A stretch of DNA of 64,000 bases from a virus (lineage: Duplodnaviria > Caudoviricetes), in the IMG/VR virus record IMGVR_UViG_3300031694_000003, positions 3,767 through 67,766 of that record. The stretch is one strand, 5' to 3'. The translations under genes were made by a program, and so were the position numbers. The notes below the pieces were generated by a model, which was not told the origin of the DNA, searched no databases, and was given only the letters and a program-made list of their open reading frames with translations. Shown here piece after piece: positions 39,701 to 50,000 of the stretch. How positions within the stretch are numbered: position 1 is the stretch's first letter; every line of letters begins with the position of its first letter.

Positions 39701-42700
39701 AAAGGATAAAATGTCTTACTCTATGGAGGACATTAAGAATATTTCTGATGTTATAAAAAAGAATAAACCAACAGGAAACCTTTTCAGTAAGAAACAGGAT
39801 GACTTGTATAAGTTTACAGACGAACAAGGTAACGCATCATACGGATTTGATGGAGAGAGCTTTGGTATACAAAACACATTAGATAATACAAATAAGACAT
39901 CTATACTCTCTAAGCAATACGCTTCAAATACAGGAGTACTTAATACGATTTCTAACTTCGAGCAGTTAGGAATGACTGGAGTTGCGGCTTTAGGAAGAGT
40001 AAACGAATTACTTGGTAGCATAAAGTTAGCTCAATACGAAGAGAACTTTAAGAATAAAGACTTTGAAGAAATCTATACTGAAAGAGCGAAAGACCTTTAC
40101 AGCTGGATGGATGGAAGAGCCGTTGATGAGTTAGGTTCTAGCTACATGGGTAATGTGCATTTTTACAATAACATTATAGCAAGTAACTTCAAGAAGAATG
40201 TAATGCAAACTAGGCTTCCTGGAACTCTTTCAACAGAGATGACGGATATTGGTTTTAACTATGTAATAGGTAAAGAAAATACTATTGAAGATGAGACCTT
40301 AAAGTCTTATAGAATAGAGGATGGTAAAGTACAGGTTGCTGAAATAGTAATATCAAAAACTCTTGCTACACAAAATGGTGTTAAGGTAGGGGATTTAGTA
40401 TTTGCAGCTCGTATACCGAACTCTAAAATAGGGGATGGATTAGTCTTTAGAGTTAAAGAGATACTTAGTAATCAAGAAGGTAATGCAGTAATTATACCTT
40501 CTAGACATGCAGCTCTTATTGGTTCAGATAAAGATGGTGACCAGTTACACATTGCAGTACTAAACAAGAAAGACGAGTCTAAGTTAAAGGCATCTGAAAA
40601 ACTTAAAAACGATTTACTAAGCTTCCTATTTGAATTGTATCAACAACCAGAAATGATGGAGCTTATTCTACAAGAGGTAGACTTTAGTTCAAGCATTACA
40701 GATAAGGGTTTAAATCATATTAAAAACAACAAGCTTACTGAGAGCGAGCGTAAGGAATTTGAGAGAGAGAAGGATGATTTAAGTATAATGGACGAGCAAG
40801 ATATTCAAGATAGATTCATTGGAAACAATGTTATGCTTGGGATTGTAGCTTCATTAAACAGAGCCTTCAATTATTTCGCATCTGGAATAGGAGCTCAAAG
40901 GAACAATCAACTTAAAACTCAGATTAGATACCAAGAAGGTAAGCCTTTAAACTTTACTATAATAAACTCTTTAGGTAAGGTTGAGAAGTTAGGCTATATA
41001 GAAAACATAACAGACAACGATGAGAAGTCTTGGTTAAGCTACGCTCAGTTCTTAAACTTCATTATAGATGATGGTAAGTTTGGTAATAGAGCTAAATTTA
41101 AAATGCAAGAAGAGAGTGCAAACCACTTTGCTTTCATGTTGAGAATGGGACTTTCTTTAGAGACTGTTATTGATGTTATGTATGATAAGACTTACGTAAG
41201 CTACATTAAGGCTTTAGGTTCAGGTCTTACTAAGACTGAGGCCTTGAAGAAGGTTTCACAAATGAGCAGTATAAATAGAAGTACTGAAAGTGTTACTGCA
41301 AACTACAGAATAGATTTATCTGACGTAGGTGGCTTTGGTAATAATTTGTTTGCTTTTAATTCATTGATAGTTGCTTTAGATTCTTTCGGTAAAGAGATGA
41401 GAATATTCCAAAGAATGGCTTCTCTTGATAGCAAGATACCTACAAATTACTTTGAGGCTTATGTACTTGGAGAGCAGTTTAAGGATGCTATGAAGAATCA
41501 AATCTCAATGGCTTCTATGTTTAATAGAAACAGCGATTTAACAAGCCAGTTAGAGTTGTTTAATATATACAAAGAACAGAAACTACAAGAATCAATTATA
41601 TCACAAGCAGACGCTAAGCTGATATATGACAACTTGAGTAAGACGTTAGATTTAACTAAGCCAGAGAACGTAAGGTTTGTATATGACGCATTGCAATACA
41701 ACAAGATGGCGGTGTACATGAATCCTACAGCTCTTTCTACGGGTAACAAATCGCATAAAGGTGGTACGTTTACTGATTTACTATTTAATTATAGTACTAT
41801 TTCCATAGAAGAAACTAATCAATTGGAAGCTAAGTATTCTGATAGAGAATTGTTAGAAGAGAAGCTTAAAGTTATAAACGACAACGCAGCTCAACTGATT
41901 GAAGAATATGGAAACAACGGGTTTATACAACTACTAGACTTAAAGAAGAGTAGAAAAACATTTAGACAGTACGGAAATGCTGTTAGACCTACCGTGAAGT
42001 ATTGGAATGATATAAAATTCAACAGAGAATCTTATGATGCTATTCGTTCTGAAGAGAACTTAAAACAATTAAGAGACGAGTTCAGTAAGTTGCCAGACGC
42101 ATTACAAAACTACCTTATATCTTATGAGTTCTTTAACAACAAGTTAGGGACTGACGGAGGTAGTACTATGCTTATGTTTATGCCTTCAAATGTTAGAAAC
42201 GAAGTAAAGAGAACTTCTAACTTTATAGCTAACCCTAAAAATAGAGCTAAGAATAATGTACAAAACGAGATGATTCATGCAAATGAGTTACTAGCTGGTT
42301 CTGATTACATATTCGCAGACGAGAAGATTAAAAAGGCTATAGATGTAGATTTAAATAACAGCATGTTATTCTTATTTAGAATGGCTGAGATACTTCAAGC
42401 TTTTTCTTCTAAAAAACTACTTAACGCTTTAAATTCATTTCAACAAAAGAGTTCACTTTCAGAACAAACTTATATAGAAAACAAGAAGGATGGGACTAAG
42501 GTTTACCATTCAATGCAAGCTCCTATTATTAGTAAGATGGACACAGATAAGGTTAAGCATTTATCTAAAAATGATAAAACAGGTAAGTACAAAAACAAAA
42601 CTTTATTTGAAATATCGTGGGAATACAGAACAGAAATAAATGGAGTAAAAAGCGAACCTAAACCAAGTTACATAGGGATATTTGGTGACTTAAACTTGTC

Positions 42701-45700
42701 TGAGTTAAACGCTATACTTACATACAATGGACCATTACAAGCTAATTATAAGAAATTAAAAGAAAATGGTACGTTCTATTTACATGACCAAAACGCTAGT
42801 AGTTTTATGTTTGGTCAAGATTCTAGCTACAGTCTAGATGAGTTTGCAAAAGAAAAAGGATTAATTAAATGGTCTTCTTCTGTTGCTAATCTAGAGGAAG
42901 ATAACCACGCTAAGTTCAATCAAATAAAAGCTGACTACACTGGTTATAAAAACAGTTTAGATGCAGTAAAAGAGCTTAGAAATAATCTATACAGAAATCC
43001 AAACATCTTTAGAGTTGTTAAGGACGAGGAAGGTAAAGATATTTCATTTACTAAGGAGCAAAACTTAAAGTTCGCAAAAGAATTACCTGGTCGTATAACA
43101 GAATACTACAACCAACTAACAAACGAACACCCTTTAGCTAAAGATATGTTAGCTAAGGAATTACAGTTTATGTACGGGGAAGCTATGAGCAACGAGCAAA
43201 TGGCTTACTGGGGTAAGACTGATGAAGGTGCTAGACTGTTAGGTAAGGTATCTAATGATGATAGAACTTCAGATATTACAGTAGCAGAGATGTGGTTTGG
43301 TGTAGGTGACTTTGGTCAGAACCACCCAACCTTAGCTTCTGCTAGAAGAAACTTAGAGCGTGGTAATCAATTAATGCATCGTGATTTAAAAAGAATGACC
43401 GATGAATTAAACGAATCTTACAACGACCTATACAAGAGTAAGTATGGTATAAGAACAGGAGTAGTTAAATTCTTCTCTCGTATGCCTGTCTTAAGTCTAT
43501 TGAAGTCTAGCGAAAGCGTTTCAGATAAACTGTTTGAGAACTTGTTATTTAGACAATCTAAAATCAAAAGAAGACACGAAGGCGGTAAAGAGATTATAGA
43601 TTACGAAACTACTCATGAATTAAACGAATCTATGTTCTTTGAAGATAATAGGTTAAGACCTAATCTTCATAAGCTTATAAACTTAGACGGACAAAGACTG
43701 TTTTCTGATGCAGAAATAAACTATGCAGGAGTTATCTCTAGATACACTCAATTCTATAGTGCCTTATCTAAACAAAAAGGATTATACACTCAAGACCGTA
43801 ACTTCTACGCTCCACTTGCTGATTCAAGTAAAATGGAGATTCTTAGAAAGAGAGGAATCTATGGATTGTATTACCAATTCTTTGGAGCTAGAGGAGACAT
43901 CAATAGCATTAAAGTTAAAGGCTTTAATCCTTTATCTAATAGAGAAGAAGTGAAAACCTATGGAGAGTTTCAGGCTATATATAGTGCGAGTCAAGAAGAT
44001 GTAAAGCTATTCGCTAAAGAAAACCCTGGAGAGAAAATAAATACTGCTCACTTTAAATCTATAAACTCTATAAGACAAATGGAGGCTCTTAAAACGAAAG
44101 CTTTAGGATACCTTGCTAAAGGGATAGATATAGAAGGTAAGAAGATAGTAAGAAAAGATGGTGTAAATGAGGTAGTTACGGCAGAAAGTCAAAGTTTCAA
44201 CAGGTATACATCATCTCGTTCGCACAGAGCTGCTTATCTTGCTAGTGGAAACTTACAGTACGCTATGTATAGTTATGTGAAGACTATGGTATTCCAACAT
44301 GGTACAGAGTTCTACGATGGATACAACTATAACAGGCTAGAATTCCAAGTACCAGGAAAGAACTCTACAAGCAGAAAGAAAGAAAGTAAGTTATTGATAG
44401 GTAAGAATGCTCACAGTAAGTCCACTCAGGATTTAGCAGCGAGAGCAGTTAAAGGAACTCTATCTGTAGAGATGGCTCAGAAGTACGCAGTACCTGCCTT
44501 CCAAGGATTTGATGCTTATAAGTTTCAGATAGGAGCAGCAATGACATACCTTAAAAATAGTGGTGCGTTGTCTGCAAATTCTGTTAAGTATCTACAGGAG
44601 AACATGTTAGAGTCTTTTATATTACAAAAACCTAAAAGAACAATCAGCCCATTCCCTGAAGTAGAGAAGAAAGTTATAACCTCTTTCGTTAATTTAACAA
44701 TGAGAGTTGGTTTAGGTCTTAACTTCACTGCGGCTATGTTTAACATCGCTATTGGTAAGTACAACGCTTGGCGTTCGCAGGGTACTGCAAACTTCGTTAA
44801 GGCTCACTTTAGAGCTTTAGGTTTAACAAAGATTGGTAGTGCTTTCAGTTTTAAGAACTCAAGAAAAACTCTACTTATATTACAAGAGTTTGGTATACTA
44901 ACTTATAGACCAGAAGAACAATTAGAAGGTGCTAAATATGAAACTTACTTAGATAAGATATTATTTTGGCCTATGGTAACTGCTGAACGTTTTATACAGG
45001 AGATACAGTTTGTTGGAGAAATGAGTGACGAACAATGGAACTCTTACGATATAGATGATAAGGGTAACCTTATTGTTGTAGATAAAGATAATATCCTTTC
45101 TGTAGATGATGTAGCTAGACTACAAAGACGTGTACAGAACATGCAAGGTCGTGGATATTCCGCAGTAGACCAGAGACTAATACAACAATACGTAATAGGT
45201 TCTGCAGCTCTACAATTCAAGAGATGGTTTCCAACATTCTTAGCTGATAGAATAGGTAGAGGTGGTTACATGGATTACATAGATGATTTTGGTGATATAT
45301 ATACTGGTACTTTAAAAGCCTTCGCTACTGAAGGAGATAAAGTTAAGCTAGCTAAATATATAAACCCATTAGAGTACGTGAAATTTGCATTGAATCCAAA
45401 CTTATGGAATCCTTCAATGAAGTCTAACGAAGAGTATATCAAAGACGGTCTTTCTAAATCTCAAACTGAAGCCCTACAAAGACTTCATAGAGGTATGATG
45501 GGGATTGTTATGGTAGCAGCCTTACTTTTAATGTCTGGAGAAGATGATGAAGAGTTAGATAAACTTCTTACAGATATGCTTCTTATGGTTAATATAGAAA
45601 AGGTAGGTAAGATGATTATAATGCCAGCCTTTAGTACGTTCCAAAATGTGTTTGAATTAGTTGTAGCTATCGCTGCAAGAACAGAATACAAAAGAGATAG

Positions 45701-45893
45701 TAAGTATGGTAAGCGTGGAGATAAGAAGTGGAGAAGAAACGCTGCAGCTCTAATTCCTAACATAGGAATCCCTGGAGATGATAAGGCAAACCTTAAATAT
45801 GCAATGTTTGGTTCTGAAGATTCAGGTAACGAACAGAAGCGAGAAAGGAACAGAATGAGAAGAAAGCGTAAGGAGAAATTTGGACGCAATTAA
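33750..45893 (+). CDS. Giant virion-associated RNA polymerase polyprotein (4047 aa) with a zincin-like domain
   Basis: Catalytic DxDGD motif GSDKDGDQL (40527-40541) preceded by ARIP; HEKWH (36456-36470) with downstream NEALA; crAss-like position. Confidence 0.85.
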   Translation: MANEVGTPKEDVKKYDFSFATETPSISTANATVPSQGSVTTDQGLEKTPDQTSQELFGGGFSDEQRTDIDKYNKAVAAEEGKEAKDHSMGYGEATGRSLLTGLGDVFDGFGDALDWVDGTPDTRLVDSEVSKELYGLDVHKPIADWFHQMGADLQQYGDSVPGLENMEDVTWASLMDADFWTTQWARSIPFSLTFFIPGAGGARAAGMLYKGGKLLKTGFSAGKMLSRTGLVTAVKGSKIAKSAVQFAGGAAAGNMSEGAIIAGQTLNDAIEQGVPLPQASIAAADVFRDNLWWMAVDGLQLAMFTGTAKALNPFSKSIRAMKAPGMKRLVQQMAKVSGYALTDGVFEQFQEVYQDWSMKKRIAEQKGEGFMDYLDYFNSQEALPTRVIAFTSSLAITGAKTSLDVSAERKRLFTEKLAKDGLVQERLEIMNQELEDYDMEGKKGTPGDRLTAVKAKEELAAMQNNQLFALMIRTIADGKAENFTEYIQNRMDEGAMPQRQFDIYANTVKELQAIKALAPTFLLNGEEESYLLHALFEKEQNTKTYKEQLERLEGEKVKIEESDISIAYKKKQIAGLDNELSNLAETWKKVKQATKLKVDDIMSDNANRRQEERINKEVVPELKKIIAKEAKNETLTAEETKLVEENKSRFESIKSNERLKDATKKVGKNFTKVTNPVKDNTDLIFQKELKSKGKFRKYQEKRVDANGVVTTTTTTEIDIVKTSNEYQESRENKELQVEDIVTKQNNGDQISNEEKELLKTEKVLHEKVKAKKAEALEAEEAAKLKAEEKEAEEKTEEGKAKSKEETERNAAQKIIEDSKAKLFFGLAPRFIDPKTGKLTEATQITMGQRYQWAQGLMNDNPDVGVYFDSNLTDEHGRGAQGAAIGLSIFINPDLATQEVFLHEKWHVLQQLFAGTKEITALLKEVVSQPIYKQIKNQHHVKIIYSKNGSNTSLGSILQDNPSMLSWTNWTKENGFTNAPNPSVYSSYMAYLAPLLSELGYTQLADNQQSDIQNEALATAGGFQEANDSTYFTQSKRETKFQKGLKSAWKMISTMLNKEASTEIIRSNFPSLYNEDFSIMLENAREEFSKPNKERNYEAFKRVDGVFYLQNVDKSFAKSSLEQAMLANLPTIDSQVNAVLNRFTNTKGGMPEDMDMRSMINDLFSNRSTLMPTLLDHSKYGLDKSQKDIIDKYYNSNASEVDNLLGGFYFQQLQEKVSERHESGAINEEMYEELEATTEVAFGKIISEDFSRKVSGRVSKLVGQFLDEHNKDKTGKEIKNKSFLYEALEEQLRGTKHDFHLFEENVETIITNSKVSLIEGVEKITKEELLAEFVIYAQLEMAHPGDVLHSMWHYFRSFTLERASQWTVSKDGKVSLVASIPVGNARDVRNYVNGSIELLADGENSTENIFIVAVLEGIRVKKVLSEEGTEAAFKEKMANQISREKNILNFVQKFYKEWVSNKNIYYEDIADMKIEGKKLHSFFTDEKITELQVSLLNIDWSYYHKEGVDTESRQYLESQINDIANSDKRIVGSAVKLNAKGVKEAVLRTYLINALREDYKRWINLEESEQVKTKGKNILFRENKKSSIHSYKDNFQSAFKSLYTNLYNATYYHAGRTALSGITKNAAGDTVDLFTKSSNIHNNLETLLRILPKMDNKRFEKLFGGNLIAFIMKHNDYVPTISTSLGVYNEGESKGKKNSQVKARVLTNMRMMHLVDSILNDSSYYSHFVGQLGDSSRQYYIDNAPVWSDSDLETAFVSIQKMVNKPTNIVEVGEKLFDQLVEDGHIKNKEDEKIKQAVIKAAKMNYVNKYSFSDLYYNRTNAQIKYDVSGGKVERLVTDLSKRVKGISSPLITAHGKRIEPIIIKDPRPLGMQVADSASYITPEYAKLLKIQYGEFEDIGKNLKSLYYGQNMDNTQFENQMGAVRIPMYLKTHTHVLTKDAIKKHPNLQYIKDVLDYRAKLLNNNTIPIVYFDSSIKGGLVQSQKDKMSYSMEDIKNISDVIKKNKPTGNLFSKKQDDLYKFTDEQGNASYGFDGESFGIQNTLDNTNKTSILSKQYASNTGVLNTISNFEQLGMTGVAALGRVNELLGSIKLAQYEENFKNKDFEEIYTERAKDLYSWMDGRAVDELGSSYMGNVHFYNNIIASNFKKNVMQTRLPGTLSTEMTDIGFNYVIGKENTIEDETLKSYRIEDGKVQVAEIVISKTLATQNGVKVGDLVFAARIPNSKIGDGLVFRVKEILSNQEGNAVIIPSRHAALIGSDKDGDQLHIAVLNKKDESKLKASEKLKNDLLSFLFELYQQPEMMELILQEVDFSSSITDKGLNHIKNNKLTESERKEFEREKDDLSIMDEQDIQDRFIGNNVMLGIVASLNRAFNYFASGIGAQRNNQLKTQIRYQEGKPLNFTIINSLGKVEKLGYIENITDNDEKSWLSYAQFLNFIIDDGKFGNRAKFKMQEESANHFAFMLRMGLSLETVIDVMYDKTYVSYIKALGSGLTKTEALKKVSQMSSINRSTESVTANYRIDLSDVGGFGNNLFAFNSLIVALDSFGKEMRIFQRMASLDSKIPTNYFEAYVLGEQFKDAMKNQISMASMFNRNSDLTSQLELFNIYKEQKLQESIISQADAKLIYDNLSKTLDLTKPENVRFVYDALQYNKMAVYMNPTALSTGNKSHKGGTFTDLLFNYSTISIEETNQLEAKYSDRELLEEKLKVINDNAAQLIEEYGNNGFIQLLDLKKSRKTFRQYGNAVRPTVKYWNDIKFNRESYDAIRSEENLKQLRDEFSKLPDALQNYLISYEFFNNKLGTDGGSTMLMFMPSNVRNEVKRTSNFIANPKNRAKNNVQNEMIHANELLAGSDYIFADEKIKKAIDVDLNNSMLFLFRMAEILQAFSSKKLLNALNSFQQKSSLSEQTYIENKKDGTKVYHSMQAPIISKMDTDKVKHLSKNDKTGKYKNKTLFEISWEYRTEINGVKSEPKPSYIGIFGDLNLSELNAILTYNGPLQANYKKLKENGTFYLHDQNASSFMFGQDSSYSLDEFAKEKGLIKWSSSVANLEEDNHAKFNQIKADYTGYKNSLDAVKELRNNLYRNPNIFRVVKDEEGKDISFTKEQNLKFAKELPGRITEYYNQLTNEHPLAKDMLAKELQFMYGEAMSNEQMAYWGKTDEGARLLGKVSNDDRTSDITVAEMWFGVGDFGQNHPTLASARRNLERGNQLMHRDLKRMTDELNESYNDLYKSKYGIRTGVVKFFSRMPVLSLLKSSESVSDKLFENLLFRQSKIKRRHEGGKEIIDYETTHELNESMFFEDNRLRPNLHKLINLDGQRLFSDAEINYAGVISRYTQFYSALSKQKGLYTQDRNFYAPLADSSKMEILRKRGIYGLYYQFFGARGDINSIKVKGFNPLSNREEVKTYGEFQAIYSASQEDVKLFAKENPGEKINTAHFKSINSIRQMEALKTKALGYLAKGIDIEGKKIVRKDGVNEVVTAESQSFNRYTSSRSHRAAYLASGNLQYAMYSYVKTMVFQHGTEFYDGYNYNRLEFQVPGKNSTSRKKESKLLIGKNAHSKSTQDLAARAVKGTLSVEMAQKYAVPAFQGFDAYKFQIGAAMTYLKNSGALSANSVKYLQENMLESFILQKPKRTISPFPEVEKKVITSFVNLTMRVGLGLNFTAAMFNIAIGKYNAWRSQGTANFVKAHFRALGLTKIGSAFSFKNSRKTLLILQEFGILTYRPEEQLEGAKYETYLDKILFWPMVTAERFIQEIQFVGEMSDEQWNSYDIDDKGNLIVVDKDNILSVDDVARLQRRVQNMQGRGYSAVDQRLIQQYVIGSAALQFKRWFPTFLADRIGRGGYMDYIDDFGDIYTGTLKAFATEGDKVKLAKYINPLEYVKFALNPNLWNPSMKSNEEYIKDGLSKSQTEALQRLHRGMMGIVMVAALLLMSGEDDEELDKLLTDMLLMVNIEKVGKMIIMPAFSTFQNVFELVVAIAARTEYKRDSKYGKRGDKKWRRNAAALIPNIGIPGDDKANLKYAMFGSEDSGNEQKRERNRMRRKRKEKFGRN

Positions 45894-45897
45894 ATTG

Positions 45898-45905
45898 TAT
45901 ATTTG
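45898..45905 (+). promoter_or_regulatory. Bacteroidetes-type -7 element (TATATTTG)
   Basis: TAnnTTTG 16 nt upstream of the 45922 ATG. Confidence 0.55.
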
Positions 45906-45921
45906 TGTAAAACATAACTAA

Positions 45922-46503
45922 ATGGCTTTAGAATTAAATACCGACATAGCTGTAGAGCTTAATATAACGGCCAGAAGAGGCGACACCTTCGAAATGAAGT
46001 TAGCAGTCGTTGATTCTGCGGACACTAACTTGCCTTATAATTTAGCTGGAACTCAAACTTCCGCACCCGCCGATACTACTAACGGGTATGCTACTATATA
46101 TCAAGGTAAGATAACCATAAAGAAGAATAACTCAGAATTTGAAGCTCTTAATGTTTATAGTTATTTCTGGAAAGATAAGCCAACAATCAATAAGATACCT
46201 ACACTAATAAAGACTGGTCATTGGTCTGGAGAGAATGCTACAGGAAATGGTCTATTAGCTTTAGGTAGTACTACCGCTAGTTATTCTGGTATATGGTTTA
46301 AGGATAGTACAGGCGTTGCTGGAGATACAATATCTGTCTCAATTCCAGGTGCTTATATGAACTTAGAAGCAGGGGTTTATGTGTATGATTTTCAAACTAG
46401 AAAGAAGGGTGTTTACGATAATGCTAACTCCGAACTAGGAACTGCATACACAACATGGATGTATGGTACGTTTACTATAGTAGATGAAATAACAAAGCAA
46501 TGA
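45922..46503 (+). CDS. Tail hub / BppU-like adaptor, paralogue 1
   Basis: ITARRGDTF N-terminal motif, GVYVYDFQ, WMYGTFTI. Confidence 0.6.
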   Translation: MALELNTDIAVELNITARRGDTFEMKLAVVDSADTNLPYNLAGTQTSAPADTTNGYATIYQGKITIKKNNSEFEALNVYSYFWKDKPTINKIPTLIKTGHWSGENATGNGLLALGSTTASYSGIWFKDSTGVAGDTISVSIPGAYMNLEAGVYVYDFQTRKKGVYDNANSELGTAYTTWMYGTFTIVDEITKQ

Positions 46504-47024
46504 CATTAATAATAAACCCAATAACTCAGTCTCAGACTATCTCTATAAACTCTTTTGGTATAGGATTAAACTCCTTACCAAACGGTTCTCTTGAGAGCTT
46601 AATGGAACTTAAGTACGCCTTTGAGGGGTGGCCTTCTATTCCTGCTAACGTATCTTATGGTGATGTTGTTGTTTTCAATAACATAGTACCAGCTAGTACA
46701 AACCCTTATGGGGTTGAATTAGAGAAGGCTAACACTGGAATACCAGGTCACGCCAATAAGACTATGATGGTATTCATTAGTCACGAGAGTGGAGTTCTTA
46801 CGTTGATGCATAAAGGGTATCTTGATTTTACTACTATAACAGAAAGCTCTCTTAGCTCTTACGCTCAGGGTGACGGTTTATATGTTAATGGAAATAATAT
46901 AGCTATAAGCCCACCCCAAACTACAGGTAGTTGGGTTAAGTCTATAGGGTTTTGCATGCCGAACATGGAAGGAGTTTACAGAATCTGGTTTGAATCAGAC
47001 AGTACATATTTTACAATAGGATAA
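46500..47024 (+). CDS. Putative structural beta protein (174 aa)
   Basis: GDGLYV...PPQTTGSWVKSIG pattern; tail module position. Confidence 0.5.
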   Translation: MTLIINPITQSQTISINSFGIGLNSLPNGSLESLMELKYAFEGWPSIPANVSYGDVVVFNNIVPASTNPYGVELEKANTGIPGHANKTMMVFISHESGVLTLMHKGYLDFTTITESSLSSYAQGDGLYVNGNNIAISPPQTTGSWVKSIGFCMPNMEGVYRIWFESDSTYFTIG

Positions 47025-47047
47025 ACTAATTATTAAAAATAAACACA

Positions 47048-50000
47048 ATGGCTAAATACCCAAAAATTACAGGTAATATATCTGGAGCTTCAAAATTTGA
47101 TAGATTAAAGTCCCCTCTTTATGGGCTACCTGCCCACTTAGGCGGTATAAACCAAAACTACTTAGTTAAAAAGCTAACAGATTCTGCAGGTAATGAAACT
47201 GTATTCGCTGTAGTTGTAATTGAGAGTAGTGGTGATTCAGGTTCTTTCTTGAATGTTAGTAATATCCACTTAAAGGATGAGGCTGACGCTTTAACTCAGG
47301 CAGGTACAGGGAATACCAACGCAACTCAACAAGATTTGTTTTGCCTTACCCCACTTAAAAAGACGGGTTCTGATGCTTACACGGATAACAATCCTTATAT
47401 GGCTAGTCAGTTATCTGATATGTCTGTAGAAAATCTATATAGTACATTAGCTACAGATTCAGATTATGTAGCAACAGACCTTAATACTGAGGCTGATGGA
47501 GCTGCTTCATTTATGAAATTCTCTTTAACTTCTGAGAAAGAAATTGTATGGGAAGCAGAAGGAACAGCTTTAGCTGACTGTACCGCTGTTATACCTGTTT
47601 ATACTCACGCTTATGTAGTTGCTAATCCTATACCTGCAGGTTCTTATGCTGCAATATTGGTTAAATGTAATACTTTAGGTACGTCTATATTTGACGGTTC
47701 TAAAACTAATACATTAACAATAAGCCATGATGGAGATATAACTGGTCAAGAGTCTAGCTCTGACTATACTTTAACTCTTAGTATTAATGCTGAAAATCTA
47801 TTTGAATTATCTGCAACATTTAATGGTTCTCCAGTAACTCATAATGCTACTACGGGTCTTCAAGCACAAAGAATGATGTACGTGCCTGACGACCTTTATA
47901 GTGGTTTTACATGGCCCACTAACTACCTTACTAATAGTTTTTATAATTCCCAGAATAGTAGTTCTATAGGAACTCCAAGTACGGAAACGGAAGGACCTTT
48001 ATCTCCTGCAGGTAACCCCATTAATGCTCAGCAATACTCTACTATTATTAATGGAGCAGCTGGGCATATAAGCAACACCGACATATTAGAGGCTATGTTC
48101 TCTAACGGAGTTAGTACTTTTGATAGTGCTGGTTTAATTATAAGGGATGGCTCACCCTTCCCAGAAGCCTTTATGGCATCGTCTTCACAGAAAGATGGTA
48201 TTCTACTAACTCAATCAAGTCAAGGTGCGGTAGCTCGTCAGTCTATATCTTCTGGTTCAGCTTTTACTCAAAGTATTAAGCAAGGGTTCTCTTCTAGTAT
48301 AACTAGTGAAGGTACTATGACTAAAGTTTCTGGTTCAAACACATACCAAAACTTCTCAATAGCTACAGCTACGGTGGAAGATACGACTACATACACTTTA
48401 GACCCGCAGTCTACCCCAGGTAGCGAAGAGGTTTCCATGGATGTTAAAATACCCTATGCAGTATATCCTATATTCTCGTATTCAGCAACAACAATAGGTA
48501 GAGAGGGTTCGTTAGCTAATAGCAGGGCAGAATTTCCTGCGGCTGCTATAGTAGCTGCAGCTTCTAATATGAATTTTAATATTCATTCTGGAGATGTTCA
48601 TAACTCTTTTGATGCGCTTGGAGCTACAGTAATCTCTCCTATAAATACAGCTAAAGCTTATAGTGCTGTAAAAGGTCATGCTGCGGCTGATACCAAAATG
48701 AAGCTTGTACATAACGTAAGGATAAATTGTCACAATGCAAATGACGTATTAGATAGAAATGGTTTAGCAGGTCCTGCTATATATGGTAATGACTCTAGCA
48801 CTGTTAGTACGGCTAGAGTTTCTGATGGTGAAGATGGTTTTGATACAACATCAACTGTTGTAGCTGCAGACCTTTCACCAACAAACGGTAGTATGGATTA
48901 TACTATTCTTTCAACCGTTGATTCTACTGAACCTAAAGTTGGTTTCTTAGGTAGGAATGTGGATGGCTCTTATACAGGTCATGAACCTCAAGGGTACAAC
49001 AAGGTAGATACCGTATTCTCAGCTCCAGTTACTTGCTGGAAGCCAGGCTACGCCGAAGGTGAAGCTATCGGTTTCGATAGAGTTCCTTATTTCAATGAGG
49101 TAGGTGCTACTCCTTCTAAGCTAACATTAACTACTGGATACTACAGTTCTAGACCTTTATTCCATCTTGGATATTCTGGAGGTACGGTAGGTGTTGTTAA
49201 TATAGATAGGTTTGAGTTTTTAGGACCAAACACGGTTGTGTCTGGTGCGGTAACTCCACTAACAGGATACGCTCCTACAGGTGCTAGTTTAACTAATGGA
49301 TTGTTCGATTACGGAACTGAAGAATATAGAGAAGTATCTGATGCTTTCTCTTCTACCGCTAGTGGAACTACATTCACTCACGTTTCTAATGGTGCAACTC
49401 TACCAACTTCTTATGTAGAAGACATGGAGATATTTGATGTTCCGTCATCTGTAATTACAGACACTGCACAAAGAAAGTTTGTTGGTAATGTAACTGCGGG
49501 GTCTAATTCTACTAAAACAACAATGACTATAAAGGATGTGAGTGGAACGCTTATAGCGGCAAACAACCTTTCTTCTACATTTACATTTAAAATAGGTAAA
49601 CCAACTTTCGCTGCTAACTCTAGAAACACAAGCTTCACACATGCTTTTGATGCTGTTAGAGGTACGGAAGGGGAAAGAGATAGAGTTAATTCTATTTATG
49701 GTTCTGATTTATCTTATAGAGCTCACACTACAGAGACATACATTAAGTTGAATGATGAAGTAGTTATCAACTCAGTAGGTACAGCAGCTAATGTAAATTC
49801 TTTACACGCTGGTAGTAGCTCTGCTGCTAATCAGAAATTCTCATGTAACTCTAGTAGTGTTCTTAATACTGATGGTACAAGCTCTCTTGATATAGTTAAT
49901 TACTCTCCTGAAGAGGCTGGTGTTGAAATCAATACATCTACAATGCTTAGTGCTAGATATTACGACTCTTCCACACAGTTAGATGTTTACGGTGGAACTG

